Below are positions 1 through 8,430 of a stretch of DNA of 20,000 bases, in pieces. This stretch comes from an uncultured virus (IMG/VR IMGVR_UViG_3300021399_000162) (Duplodnaviria > Heunggongvirae > Uroviricota > Caudoviricetes): IMG/VR virus record IMGVR_UViG_3300021399_000162; one strand, 5' to 3'. Position 1 is the first letter of the stretch. Each line of letters starts with the position of its first letter. The translations under genes were made by a program, and so were the position numbers. The notes below the pieces were generated by a model. That model was not told where the DNA came from and did no database searches. It worked only from the letters and a program-made list of their open reading frames with translations.

Positions 1-2
1 AC

Positions 3-308
3 TACAATGGAACTTTCCTCCAGCTGCAGGAAGATTTGTACAACAATTACATCAACCATGGAGTGAAACTCATTCTGTGGAATGATTGTCTGAAGGCACT
101 TGGCAAGAAGAAGCTCAGTGCTGCAGGTAATCACGTTGGCTGGGTTTACAACAAAGATGCAGTCGGCAAGCAGATTGATTTCCGTGCTCGTCTGGTGCTC
201 AGGCGAAACGAGAATGGCGAGCTTGAACGTTGCTGGCTGCTTGACCCAAATGTTCTTGGTAATGCAGAAGAGATTGCTCTCGAGCGTGGATACATTAGCA
301 AATTTTAA
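3..308 (+). CDS. Phage hypothetical protein, C-terminal part (5' end outside window)
   Basis: The frame is open from position 3 to TAA at 308. The pattern LWND..KALG....AAG..VGW...LLDPNVLG resembles recurrent phage hypothetical families. It is followed directly by the GGAGG RBS of the next gene. Confidence 0.7.
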   Translation, partial: YNGTFLQLQEDLYNNYINHGVKLILWNDCLKALGKKKLSAAGNHVGWVYNKDAVGKQIDFRARLVLRRNENGELERCWLLDPNVLGNAEEIALERGYISKF

Positions 309-323
309 ATTGGAGGAATTAGT

Positions 324-893
324 ATGAAAGGCGCAGGTATTATCGGGTTCTTTAGTGGATTGGCTATCGGCGGTGTCGGAGTATTCTTCGGCACCCGTCG
401 CCTTCTTGAGGATAAGTACAAGAAAGATCTCGAGGTTCAGCTTGAAGCTCAGATCAAAGAAGTTCGTGAAGCATTTGCGAATGCCAAGCACATGGAGCGC
501 AAGGATGAAAAGGAAGCTCCTGCTAAGGAACCTGCAACCATGGATCAGGCAGCGGAGGCTCATACCAAGTATGCAGCTGACTCGTCTGTCAACTCTGTGG
601 ATTTCCTGAAGACACAGCAGCCCAAGAAGCCGTATATCATCACCGTTGAGGAGTACGACACGAAGGGTTATGATAAAGCGGAGTTCCTGTATTTCGCAGA
701 TGGCACACTCATCAACATCAAGAATCGTGACGTCCCGTATACTCCGGATCAGATCACAGCGATCTGCGGAAACATGTGGCGTGACCTTATTGGACCAGAC
801 AGCGGTGAGATCTATCTCAGAAATGACGAGATCAAAACCGACATCGCCATCACTCGCGATCTGAGGAAATACTCCGATTATATTCGCAGGTAA
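324..893 (+). CDS. Phage protein with N-terminal membrane anchor, coiled coil and PYIITxEEY-type C-terminal domain
   Basis: 189-aa ORF with a GGAGG RBS upstream. It has a Gly-rich hydrophobic N-terminus followed by a charged heptad segment. Confidence 0.8.
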   Translation: MKGAGIIGFFSGLAIGGVGVFFGTRRLLEDKYKKDLEVQLEAQIKEVREAFANAKHMERKDEKEAPAKEPATMDQAAEAHTKYAADSSVNSVDFLKTQQPKKPYIITVEEYDTKGYDKAEFLYFADGTLINIKNRDVPYTPDQITAICGNMWRDLIGPDSGEIYLRNDEIKTDIAITRDLRKYSDYIRR

Positions 894-908
894 TTGGAGT
901 GATGTGAA

Positions 909-1457
909 TTGACCGAGGGACTTGACCGGCTTGAGCTGGGTTACTTTACCTGGCTCAAGAGCCGTGTCGGGATGGAGCATCATCAACGGTTGCTCCTAGA
1001 GTTATATTTAACGCCATTTAGGTGGACCATGGATATGGACGAGAATCGAGCTGGTGATGGGCTTAACATGCGCTATAGATACAGTTATAGCCAGGGCCTG
1101 AGTAAGGAAGACAGAGATAAGCTTGATAAAATTCGTCCTTGCAGTGTTCTTGAGGTTATGATCTCAATGGCTGTCAGAGCTGAAGAGGAATATATGGTCT
1201 CAGGCGATGACGACATGACTGCAAAATGGTTCTACCACATGGTGGCATCTCTTGGATTGATTGGCATGAATGATGTCAAATTCGATCGAGAGAAGGTTCA
1301 AGAAAAACTGAATAAAATGATGGATAGAGACTACTCACCTAATGGGCTGGGTGGTCTCTTTTTCATTCCTGGCTATGACAAGGATGACCTACGAACTGTC
1401 GAGTTGTGGTATCAGATGATGGCCTATCTCGACTATTATATTTATGGAGGAGAATAA
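909..1457 (+). CDS. Phage hypothetical protein
   Basis: 182-aa ORF with a TTG start after GGAG. Motifs include DENRAGDG..MR, CSVLEVMISMA, GxGGLF and ELWYQM..YL. It is tightly packed between its neighbours. Confidence 0.8.
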   Translation: MTEGLDRLELGYFTWLKSRVGMEHHQRLLLELYLTPFRWTMDMDENRAGDGLNMRYRYSYSQGLSKEDRDKLDKIRPCSVLEVMISMAVRAEEEYMVSGDDDMTAKWFYHMVASLGLIGMNDVKFDREKVQEKLNKMMDRDYSPNGLGGLFFIPGYDKDDLRTVELWYQMMAYLDYYIYGGE

Positions 1458-1459
1458 AA

Positions 1460-1840
1460 ATGATGAACAATGTTGAAAATTACTATGGTGTTAATGTCTC
1501 TGAGAACCCCGAACTCGTGAAGTGGATGAAGGACGTGGACGAATTCCTGGATACTGTGTATCACGACCGTGGTCGCCTCAATAACAACTTCAAGGTGTTT
1601 ATGGACGCTCACAATAAGCTTGGTGATCGTGTTGAGGAGCTTGAGAACACCGTCGGTTCTCTCCGTGCAAACAATACGCTTTTGGGCTTTGGACTTCTGG
1701 CGATCAGTGTCAGTGGTCTGTTGCTGTGGTGGTCCCAGTCTGAAACTGATGAGCAGGTTGCCCAGCTGTCTGGTGAAATGGAAACCATGCGCGAGAAGAT
1801 CAGGACCATGGCCGACGCGTTTAATTTTGATGCAAAGTAA
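1460..1840 (+). CDS. Coiled-coil protein with one transmembrane segment
   Basis: ATG at 1460 after GGAGGAG. The hydrophobic stretch LLGFGLLAISVSGLLLWW is flanked by coiled-coil-like regions. Confidence 0.75.
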   Translation: MMNNVENYYGVNVSENPELVKWMKDVDEFLDTVYHDRGRLNNNFKVFMDAHNKLGDRVEELENTVGSLRANNTLLGFGLLAISVSGLLLWWSQSETDEQVAQLSGEMETMREKIRTMADAFNFDAK

Positions 1841-1851
1841 GGGATAAGAGT

Positions 1852-4800
1852 ATGGATTTCGTCCTGATCACGCACAGGTTTACAAAAGACGGGGCAGTGG
1901 AGGTGTACCCAAAGTTCATAATCAAAAGTCCTTCAGAGGATCTGATGATTAAAGGCGGAGACTTCTACGCGGTTTGGGTAGAAGACCGACAGCTTTGGTC
2001 TACCGTAGAGCAGGACGTAATCGATCAGATTGACACACTCCTTGACAAATACGCCAAGGAGAATGCCACCAGGTTCGAGCCACGTCGTGTCAGAGTTCTA
2101 CATATGTGGGACGCTGAGACTGGCATGGCCGACCGGTGGCATAAGTATTGTAAGCAGCAGATGCGTGACTCGTTCCACATGCTGGATGAGAAACTTATAT
2201 TCTCCAATACTGTCGTTAAAAAAGAAGACTATGCCTCCAAGAGACTTCCCTACCCGCTTGAGGAGGGGAAGACAGAGGCGTGGGATAAACTGATCGGAAC
2301 CCTCTACAGTCCCGAAGAAAAACATAAAATCGAGTGGTGTATTGGAGCGATTGTCAGTGGTGACAGCAAGAAGCTCCAGAAGTTCATGGTTTTGAATGGC
2401 GATCCAGGAACAGGCAAATCTACACTGCTCGATATTTTGGATAAGAAGCTGTTTGTAGGGTACACAGATTCCGTGGACTCTTCAGCTTTGGGTTCTTCCT
2501 CGAACTCATTTGCTTTGGAGAGCTTCAAATCCAATCCGTTGGTCGCCATTCAGCATGAGGGTAACCTGAGTAGGATTGAGGACAACACTCGACTCAACTC
2601 ACTGGTTTCCCACGACAAGATGACAGTCAATGAGAAGTTCAAGACCGCATATTCAAATGCATTTAAGACGTTCTTGATACTTTCTTCAAACAGACCTGTC
2701 AAGATCACCGATGCTCGAAGTGGTTTGCTGAGACGATTGATAGACGTCATGCCAACTGGTGACAAGGTTGAGCGTAACGAATACGATCGGCTCAATACTC
2801 AGATCGACTTTGAGCTCGGTGCCATTGCTTGGAAGTGTCTCAAGATATATGAGGCGGACAAGCATTACTACGACACCTACGTCCCTACCCGAATGCTCCA
2901 AGCCACAAACGACTTCTACAATTATATTATGGATGGCGACACGTGGCTTGCATTCAAGAATGATGATAGTACTACACTCACTGCAGCTTGGGCACTGTAT
3001 AACAAGTATTGCGAGTATGCCAAGGTGCAATACCCGATGACACTCAGGCCGTTTAAGGAGGAGTTGAAGAATTATTTCAAAGAGTACCATGACCGCATCA
3101 CGATTGACGGCGTCCGAGTCAGATCATACTACAAAGGATTCAAGTATGATAAATTCGAAAAAGACGAAGATGACGTTAGTATTCAAACCACTGTGGCCAA
3201 ACAAGAGGGTATACATAGCTCTGAAGCCACGAAAGGATGGCTGCACCTGACCAAGATACCTAGTCTGCTTGATATTGAGCTGGCAGGTATGAAGGCACAG
3301 TATGCTCCACCTGAAGGCAAACACATGCGAACTTGGGATAATGTCACAATGACTCTGGCTGATCTGGACACGAGCAGACTTCATTATGTTCTTGTTCCGG
3401 ATCAGCTTATTGTTGTTGACTTCGATATTACTGGTGAGAATGGCGAGAAAGATCTGGAAAGGAATCTTGAGGAAGCTTCGAAGTGGCCTGCGACCTATGC
3501 AGAGCTCAGTCAGAGCGGTAAAGCCATTCACCTGCATTATTACTACCAAGGCGATAAGAGTCTTCTCAGCAGCGTTTATGATGACAAGATTGAGATAAAG
3601 ACTCTTACTGGCAAGCAGTCACTCAGGCGGAAACTGAGCTTATGTAATGATATTCCAATTGCCAAGATTTCCAGTGGTTTGCCAATGAAGGAGGTTAAGA
3701 AGACGCTAGATACTAAGCGGCTGTCAAGCGAGAAAAGTTTGAGAGAACTGATCAAGCGGAATCTTGCAAAGGAGATACACCACGGGACCAAACCCTCAAT
3801 TGACTTCATCTACAAAATTCTTGAGGATGCCTACGCAAGCGAGCTGAGTTATGACGTATCTGACATGCGTAATGCGATCACAGCGTTTGCGGCTGGCAGT
3901 ACTCATCAGCCTGACTATTGTCTCAAGGTTGTTAACCGGATGAAGTTCATGTCTGAGGACAAGATTCAGAGCGCTGTACAAAAAGCCGAAAACGGTTCGC
4001 GTATGGTGCCTTGCGATCTTGAGATATTTCCAAACCTGTTCCTCAACTGCTGGAAAGAAATGGAAGACTATTCTCCGAACAGCTTTGAAGGAACACCGGA
4101 GGAGAAATGGCGTCAGTATATTGAGCGGCTGAAGGTTGATCACAAACCGGTTGTTAAGATGTTCAACCCGAAGCCGTATGAGATTGAGGAATTTGTCAAG
4201 CGTCGGTTCTTTGGATTCAACAACCGGAACTATGACAATCATCTCATGTATGCGCGAATGATGGGCTATAGCAACCTGCAGTGTTATACCTTGAGCAAAC
4301 GCATCACAAGCAACGACCATACAGCTAAGTTCAGAGAGGCAAATGACCTGAGCGAGACTGACGTGTATGACTTCGCATCTGCGAGTAATAAGAAATCTCT
4401 GAAGCAGCTTGAGATAGATATGGGGTTCTACCATCAGGAACTCGGTCTCGACTGGAACGAGGAAGTACCTGAGGAATTGTGGCCTAAGGTTGCAGCATAT
4501 TGTGAGAACGATGTGCTGGCTACTGAAGCGGCATTTTGGTATCTCCAATCTGACTGGACTGCTCGAGAGATTCTGGCAGACATCGCTGGGATGACCGTGA
4601 ACGATACGACAAACCAGCTGACAACCCGAATTATATTTGACCGGATGCGTAATCCTCAGAGTGAATTCCAGTATAGGAATCTCGCTTTGCCGGTTAAGGA
4701 ATTAAAGGAAGAGGTTCTGAAGTTCCTGCGTGAGGCTGATCCTGAGATGATGAGTCATCTGCACGGTGATGAAGAGTCTCTCCTACCCTACTTTCCAGGT

Positions 4801-6102
4801 TATGTCAAAGAGAACGGTATCTCGACGTACAGAGGTGAAGAGGTCGGTGAAGGCGGTTACGTCTATGCCGAGCCTGGTTGTTATATTGATGTGGCATTGC
4901 TTGACGTTGCATCAATGCACCCACACAGTATTATTGCCGAGTGCCTCTTTGGTCCAAGATTTACGAAGAGATTCAAGGAAATCGTTGACGGTCGTGTTGA
5001 TATTAAGCACGAAGCCTGGGATGAATGTAATAAGATCCTGGATGGAAAACTTGGGCCTTATATTGAGAAGGTCAAGCGTGGTGAATTGACTTCCAAGGAA
5101 CTCGCTAATGCTCTTAAGACGGCCATCAACTCAGTATACGGCTTGACTTCAGCAGCCTTTGATAATGCGTTCAGAGATCCTCGTAACGTCGATAACATCG
5201 TTGCAAAGCGTGGCGCATTGTTCATGGTTAACCTGAAGCATGAAGTCCAGGAGCGTGGATTCACAGTCGCTCACATCAAGACAGACTCAATTAAGATCCC
5301 GAATGCAACTCCGGAGATCATCAAGTTTGTCATGGATTATGGCAAGGACTATGGATACACGTTCGAACACGAGGCTACATATGAACGTATGTGTCTCGTG
5401 AATGACGCTGTATATATTGCAAGATATGCGACAGCGGATAAGTGTAAGGAACTCTATGGATATGCTCCTGGCGAGAATGCCAAGCACGGTGGTCAGTGGA
5501 CAGCTACAGGAAAGCAGTTTGCTGTGCCGTATGTCTTCAAGACCCTGTTTAGTCATGAACCGATTGTGTTCAATGACTTGTGCGAGACGTTTAGAGTCAC
5601 TGGAGCATTATATTTGGACAATAATGAAGGTCTTCCTGATGTGAGTGAGTACGAGAAAGAACTGAAGAAGTTCCTCAAGGAAAACCAGGCTGATTGGGAA
5701 GAGTACAACGATCATCTGAAATATGCTTACACACTTGATGAAAGGGCCGAGAATCCAGTTGCAGCTCGCTTTGAGGACAAGTGTAGATATTTTGATGAGC
5801 AGATTGCCAAAGGCCACAACTACCAGTTTGTGGGACGCGTTGGATTGTTCACACCTGTAAAGCCAGGAACTGGCGGTGGATTGTTACTTCGGAGATCCGA
5901 TGATAACAAGTTCACCTCTGCTACTGGTGCTAAAGGATTCAGGTGGGTCGAAAGCACGTCGATCAATGCTGAGAGAATTATCGCCAATGGCAAACCAACG
6001 TTTACTATGGACGACATTGATCATGGCTTTTACATTAAGCTTGTTGACGATGCCAGAAATGCAATTAGCCAGTATTGTGATTTTGACTGGTTTGTGAATT
6101 GA
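1852..6102 (+). CDS. Multidomain replicase: SF3/D5-like helicase + AEP/Prim-Pol primase + 3'-5' exonuclease + family B DNA polymerase
   Basis: Walker A GDPGTGKS (~2398-2421). Primase-like VVDFD (~3412-3426) and ELSQSGKAIHLHYY (~3502-3543). Exo I CDLEIF (~4012), Exo II FNNRNYD (~4216), Exo III YCENDV (~4498). PolB motifs DVASMHP (~4903), KTAINSVYG (~5116-5142) and IKTDS (~5275-5289). Confidence 0.88.
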   Translation: MDFVLITHRFTKDGAVEVYPKFIIKSPSEDLMIKGGDFYAVWVEDRQLWSTVEQDVIDQIDTLLDKYAKENATRFEPRRVRVLHMWDAETGMADRWHKYCKQQMRDSFHMLDEKLIFSNTVVKKEDYASKRLPYPLEEGKTEAWDKLIGTLYSPEEKHKIEWCIGAIVSGDSKKLQKFMVLNGDPGTGKSTLLDILDKKLFVGYTDSVDSSALGSSSNSFALESFKSNPLVAIQHEGNLSRIEDNTRLNSLVSHDKMTVNEKFKTAYSNAFKTFLILSSNRPVKITDARSGLLRRLIDVMPTGDKVERNEYDRLNTQIDFELGAIAWKCLKIYEADKHYYDTYVPTRMLQATNDFYNYIMDGDTWLAFKNDDSTTLTAAWALYNKYCEYAKVQYPMTLRPFKEELKNYFKEYHDRITIDGVRVRSYYKGFKYDKFEKDEDDVSIQTTVAKQEGIHSSEATKGWLHLTKIPSLLDIELAGMKAQYAPPEGKHMRTWDNVTMTLADLDTSRLHYVLVPDQLIVVDFDITGENGEKDLERNLEEASKWPATYAELSQSGKAIHLHYYYQGDKSLLSSVYDDKIEIKTLTGKQSLRRKLSLCNDIPIAKISSGLPMKEVKKTLDTKRLSSEKSLRELIKRNLAKEIHHGTKPSIDFIYKILEDAYASELSYDVSDMRNAITAFAAGSTHQPDYCLKVVNRMKFMSEDKIQSAVQKAENGSRMVPCDLEIFPNLFLNCWKEMEDYSPNSFEGTPEEKWRQYIERLKVDHKPVVKMFNPKPYEIEEFVKRRFFGFNNRNYDNHLMYARMMGYSNLQCYTLSKRITSNDHTAKFREANDLSETDVYDFASASNKKSLKQLEIDMGFYHQELGLDWNEEVPEELWPKVAAYCENDVLATEAAFWYLQSDWTAREILADIAGMTVNDTTNQLTTRIIFDRMRNPQSEFQYRNLALPVKELKEEVLKFLREADPEMMSHLHGDEESLLPYFPGYVKENGISTYRGEEVGEGGYVYAEPGCYIDVALLDVASMHPHSIIAECLFGPRFTKRFKEIVDGRVDIKHEAWDECNKILDGKLGPYIEKVKRGELTSKELANALKTAINSVYGLTSAAFDNAFRDPRNVDNIVAKRGALFMVNLKHEVQERGFTVAHIKTDSIKIPNATPEIIKFVMDYGKDYGYTFEHEATYERMCLVNDAVYIARYATADKCKELYGYAPGENAKHGGQWTATGKQFAVPYVFKTLFSHEPIVFNDLCETFRVTGALYLDNNEGLPDVSEYEKELKKFLKENQADWEEYNDHLKYAYTLDERAENPVAARFEDKCRYFDEQIAKGHNYQFVGRVGLFTPVKPGTGGGLLLRRSDDNKFTSATGAKGFRWVESTSINAERIIANGKPTFTMDDIDHGFYIKLVDDARNAISQYCDFDWFVN

Positions 6103-6117
6103 GAGGAGATTATATTT

Positions 6118-6666
6118 ATGATTAATGGTTTCACGTCTTTCAACGTTAACCTTGATAGTACCAACTTCATCTTTGCTACCAATTTCGCAGGTGATCCGTC
6201 TCGTGACCGCTTCAATGATACCCGTCGCAAGTGCAACATCCTTGTGCCCAAGACCATGGTTGAGGATCTGCGCTCTAAGGGTGTGACGATCAAGGAAACT
6301 AAGCCGCGTGAGACTGACGATCCTGCTACGTTTGTTCCGGAGTATTATGTTTCTGCTCAGGTGAAATACCGCAAGCGCGATGGCTCTCTGGTCAAGTATC
6401 CTCCGAAGGTATACCTTGTGGTCGGAAACAATCCTCCTGTACTGCTTGATGAAGGCAGTATTGATTGTCTGGATGCAATCCGGGTCAAGAATGTGCGTAC
6501 TGTTCTCAGTCCTTATGCTCAGGAAACACCGAACGGTCTGCGTGTCAGTATGTATGTCCGTGTGATGTATGTTGAGCAGGACTTGACTGATGATCCGTAT
6601 GCTGATTACTATCGTCGTACGAATGAAGTCAACCAGGATGCCGATCCTGAGGATGAGCCGTTCTAA
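6118..6666 (+). CDS. Putative single-stranded DNA-binding protein
   Basis: Lies immediately downstream of the replicase, has a beta-rich core, and ends in an acidic tail (DPEDEPF) typical of phage SSBs. RBS GAGGAG. Confidence 0.72.
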   Translation: MINGFTSFNVNLDSTNFIFATNFAGDPSRDRFNDTRRKCNILVPKTMVEDLRSKGVTIKETKPRETDDPATFVPEYYVSAQVKYRKRDGSLVKYPPKVYLVVGNNPPVLLDEGSIDCLDAIRVKNVRTVLSPYAQETPNGLRVSMYVRVMYVEQDLTDDPYADYYRRTNEVNQDADPEDEPF

Positions 6667-6675
6667 TATCGGATC

Positions 6676-6702
6676 CGCGATATTTGTCCCTCCTATTATG
6701 AA
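6676..6702 (+). promoter_or_regulatory. Conserved promoter-like motif CGCGA-N13-YATTATGAA, copy 1
   Basis: CGCGA TATTTGTCCCTCC TATTATGAA, intergenic, followed by AAGGAGG and ATG 6724. One of five copies with identical spacing. Confidence 0.75.
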
Positions 6703-6723
6703 ATAATTAAGGAGGTGCTCTTT

Positions 6724-7023
6724 ATGGCACGTTTGATTCTCAATATTGTTTCTTTGTATATTGGACTCGGAATTGCGACGACTGTTATCGTGGTAGTATG
6801 TCTGGCACTGACGATCACATGGATGTCCGATGTCAAGCTTGGTGAGGCTTTTTTAAGGGCAACAACCTTTGCAAAAGTCTCCGGACTACTGGCATCGACA
6901 TTTCTATGGCCGGCTGTATGGATTGACTTCTTCCGGAAATACCCCGAGCAATCAAAGAAAAGTATACCTGAACAATCACGAGAATATGACGAGATGGTAA
7001 AGGATATACTCGAGAACAGTTAA
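6724..7023 (+). CDS. Small membrane protein (LWP-motif paralog 1)
   Basis: RBS AAGGAGG at 6709-6715 favours ATG 6724. Two hydrophobic segments, the second containing FLWP. Confidence 0.8.
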   Translation: MARLILNIVSLYIGLGIATTVIVVVCLALTITWMSDVKLGEAFLRATTFAKVSGLLASTFLWPAVWIDFFRKYPEQSKKSIPEQSREYDEMVKDILENS

Positions 7024-7027
7024 TTTC

Positions 7028-7073
7028 AGGCCTAAAGGTCTTGAGTGTGACAGCTCAAGGCCTTTTAGGCTTT
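7028..7073 (+). terminator. Repeated stem-loop (terminator-like), copy 1
   Basis: AGGCCTAAAGGTCTTGAG-TGTGACAG-CTCAAGGCCTTTTAGGCTTT immediately after the stop codon. Confidence 0.7.
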
Positions 7074-7076
7074 GCC

Positions 7077-7103
7077 CGCGAGTTTTATACCTCCTATTAT
7101 GAA
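7077..7103 (+). promoter_or_regulatory. Conserved promoter-like motif, copy 2
   Basis: CGCGA GTTTTATACCTCC TATTATGAA, followed by AAGGAGG and ATG 7128. Confidence 0.75.
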
Positions 7104-7127
7104 ATAAAACTTAAGGAGGTTTTTCTC

Positions 7128-7400
7128 ATGTCGTTTGATAGTATCGTATGTGTTTATTTCTGTGTTGGAATGATCTCATTTCCATGGATGAGCATAGCCA
7201 TGGCACTGTATGTAAACCATGGTGAAGATCCGGCAACGGGGCTTAAGATTATTGTGGATAGCCACAGTAACATTGAGCTTCTGATTGGGTTCTTCATCAT
7301 GATTATTCTGTGGCCACTGGTGCTGCTTGGAACTGTAAAAGGGATGTTCCAACGAGAAAAAGCACGCGAACTTGTGAACACACAGGAGACGGACGAGTAA
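7128..7400 (+). CDS. Small membrane protein (LWP-motif paralog 2)
   Basis: The AAGGAGG RBS supports ATG 7128 rather than the TTG at 7041, which lies inside the hairpin. Two hydrophobic segments and IILWP. Confidence 0.8.
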   Translation: MSFDSIVCVYFCVGMISFPWMSIAMALYVNHGEDPATGLKIIVDSHSNIELLIGFFIMIILWPLVLLGTVKGMFQREKARELVNTQETDE

Positions 7401-7404
7401 TTTC

Positions 7405-7451
7405 AGACTTGAAAGGTCTTGAGTATGACAGCTCAAGGCCTTTTAGGTTTT
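7405..7451 (+). terminator. Repeated stem-loop (terminator-like), copy 2
   Basis: AGACTTGAAAGGTCTTGAG-TATGACAG-CTCAAGGCCTTTTAGGTTTT, nearly identical to copy 1. Confidence 0.7.
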
Positions 7452-7454
7452 GTC

Positions 7455-7481
7455 CGCGATATTTGCACCTCCCATTATGAA
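7455..7481 (+). promoter_or_regulatory. Conserved promoter-like motif, copy 3
   Basis: CGCGA TATTTGCACCTCC CATTATGAA, followed by AAGGAGG and ATG 7503. Confidence 0.75.
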
Positions 7482-7502
7482 TAAGATTAAGGAGGTGCCT
7501 TT

Positions 7503-7751
7503 ATGGCAACTATTTGGACTATTATCTGTTGGTATTCGCAAATTGGTAAGATCGTGTATATACTCTGCCGCTGCTTGTACTGGTTCAACGAAGGAGGCGG
7601 AAACTTCATCCGTGGCATCAAAGCCTGGTTTAACAAACTTGGCAGTCATGCTGAAGATGAATTAAACCTGATCTTCGTTGCCTGGTTACTGTGGCCGGCT
7701 CTTATATACAAGACCATCAAGTTGCTTCGTGCCAAAGATGTAGCAAAATGA
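7503..7751 (+). CDS. Small membrane protein (LWP-motif paralog 3)
   Basis: RBS AAGGAGG. 82 aa with a hydrophobic N-terminal segment and a second segment containing WLLWP. Confidence 0.78.
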   Translation: MATIWTIICWYSQIGKIVYILCRCLYWFNEGGGNFIRGIKAWFNKLGSHAEDELNLIFVAWLLWPALIYKTIKLLRAKDVAK

Positions 7752-7784
7752 TTGTCTACTGGTAGAACTAAATCGGTTCGATTT

Positions 7785-7818
7785 AAAAGGTCTTGGGTAT
7801 AACAGCTCAAGGCCTTTT
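7785..7818 (+). terminator. Repeated stem-loop (terminator-like), copy 3
   Basis: AAAAGGTCTTGGG-TATAACAG-CTCAAGGCCTTTT. Same stem as copies 1 and 2, with an A>G change that still pairs as G-U. Confidence 0.68.
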
Positions 7819-7843
7819 GAGTTTTGACTTGGAGGTGAGTGCG

Positions 7844-7981
7844 ATGGATTACAGGAGTATCACTTGTAGTAGATATTTCTATACTTGGGAGCTTGAAGTC
7901 CGTAATGGATACCATCCACCTAAAAAGAAGAGACGATTGTGGAAGGAGTTTGTACAATGGCTGACAATGAAGAAAAACTGA
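7844..7981 (+). CDS. Small basic hypothetical protein
   Basis: GGAGGTG RBS at 7831 and ATG 7844. 45 aa. Confidence 0.5.
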   Translation: MDYRSITCSRYFYTWELEVRNGYHPPKKKRRLWKEFVQWLTMKKN

Positions 7982-8430
7982 AGAGCACCATTTCTAATCC
8001 GATAGACGAGTGTGTGTTTGAAAGTCTTTTCGGCATACCTCATCTTAGATCAGATATGCCTTTGGCGCCTGCATTGCTTGAAGAAACCATTAACAATCTT
8101 AACAAAAATCAAATACTGGAGGAGAAGAAACCTATGATGAATCGCAAGGAAGTACTTGATAGAGCTGACCAGTGTGTGAACGGAGACCGTGAAGGCTCGT
8201 ACGGATCGCCTGAGAATAACTTCGCCCGCATTGCAAAGATGTGGAATGCATACCTCGGGAACACATACCCTCGCAAGGATCTAAAGCCTTCTGACGTTGC
8301 TGCTATGTTGGCCCTGCTCAAACTTGCTCGCATCGGTTCCGGCAACTACAAAGATGACAACTGGATTGACCTTGCAGGCTATGCGGCTTGCGGTGGAGAG
8401 CTCCAGAGTATGGAGGAAGATGACGAATGA
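7957..8430 (+). CDS. DUF6378-like protein (all-alpha nucleotide pyrophosphohydrolase-like family); alternative start at 8134
   Basis: Motif GDREGSYG.PENNF..IA..W..YL...DVA.ML.LLKLAR.....DNWIDLAGYAACG. RBSs precede both 7957 and 8134. Confidence 0.75.
   Translation: MADNEEKLKSTISNPIDECVFESLFGIPHLRSDMPLAPALLEETINNLNKNQILEEKKPMMNRKEVLDRADQCVNGDREGSYGSPENNFARIAKMWNAYLGNTYPRKDLKPSDVAAMLALLKLARIGSGNYKDDNWIDLAGYAACGGELQSMEEDDE

Noticed and set aside
2025..6017. Antisense and alternate-frame ORFs inside the replicase gene (e.g. 3796-4548, 250 aa)
   Set aside because: They are shadows of a long coding frame, with no motifs or translation signals.
1852..6102. Intein or intron explaining the large replicase size
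   Set aside because: No intein splice motifs (C...HN-C/S/T) or LAGLIDADG blocks were recognised. The four catalytic domains account for the length.
7021..7818. Repeats with regular spacing as a CRISPR array or integron attC array
   Set aside because: The spacers are ~300-bp genes with their own RBS rather than 30-40-nt spacers. There is no cas operon or integron integrase in the window, and no clear RYYYAAC/GTTRRRY ends.
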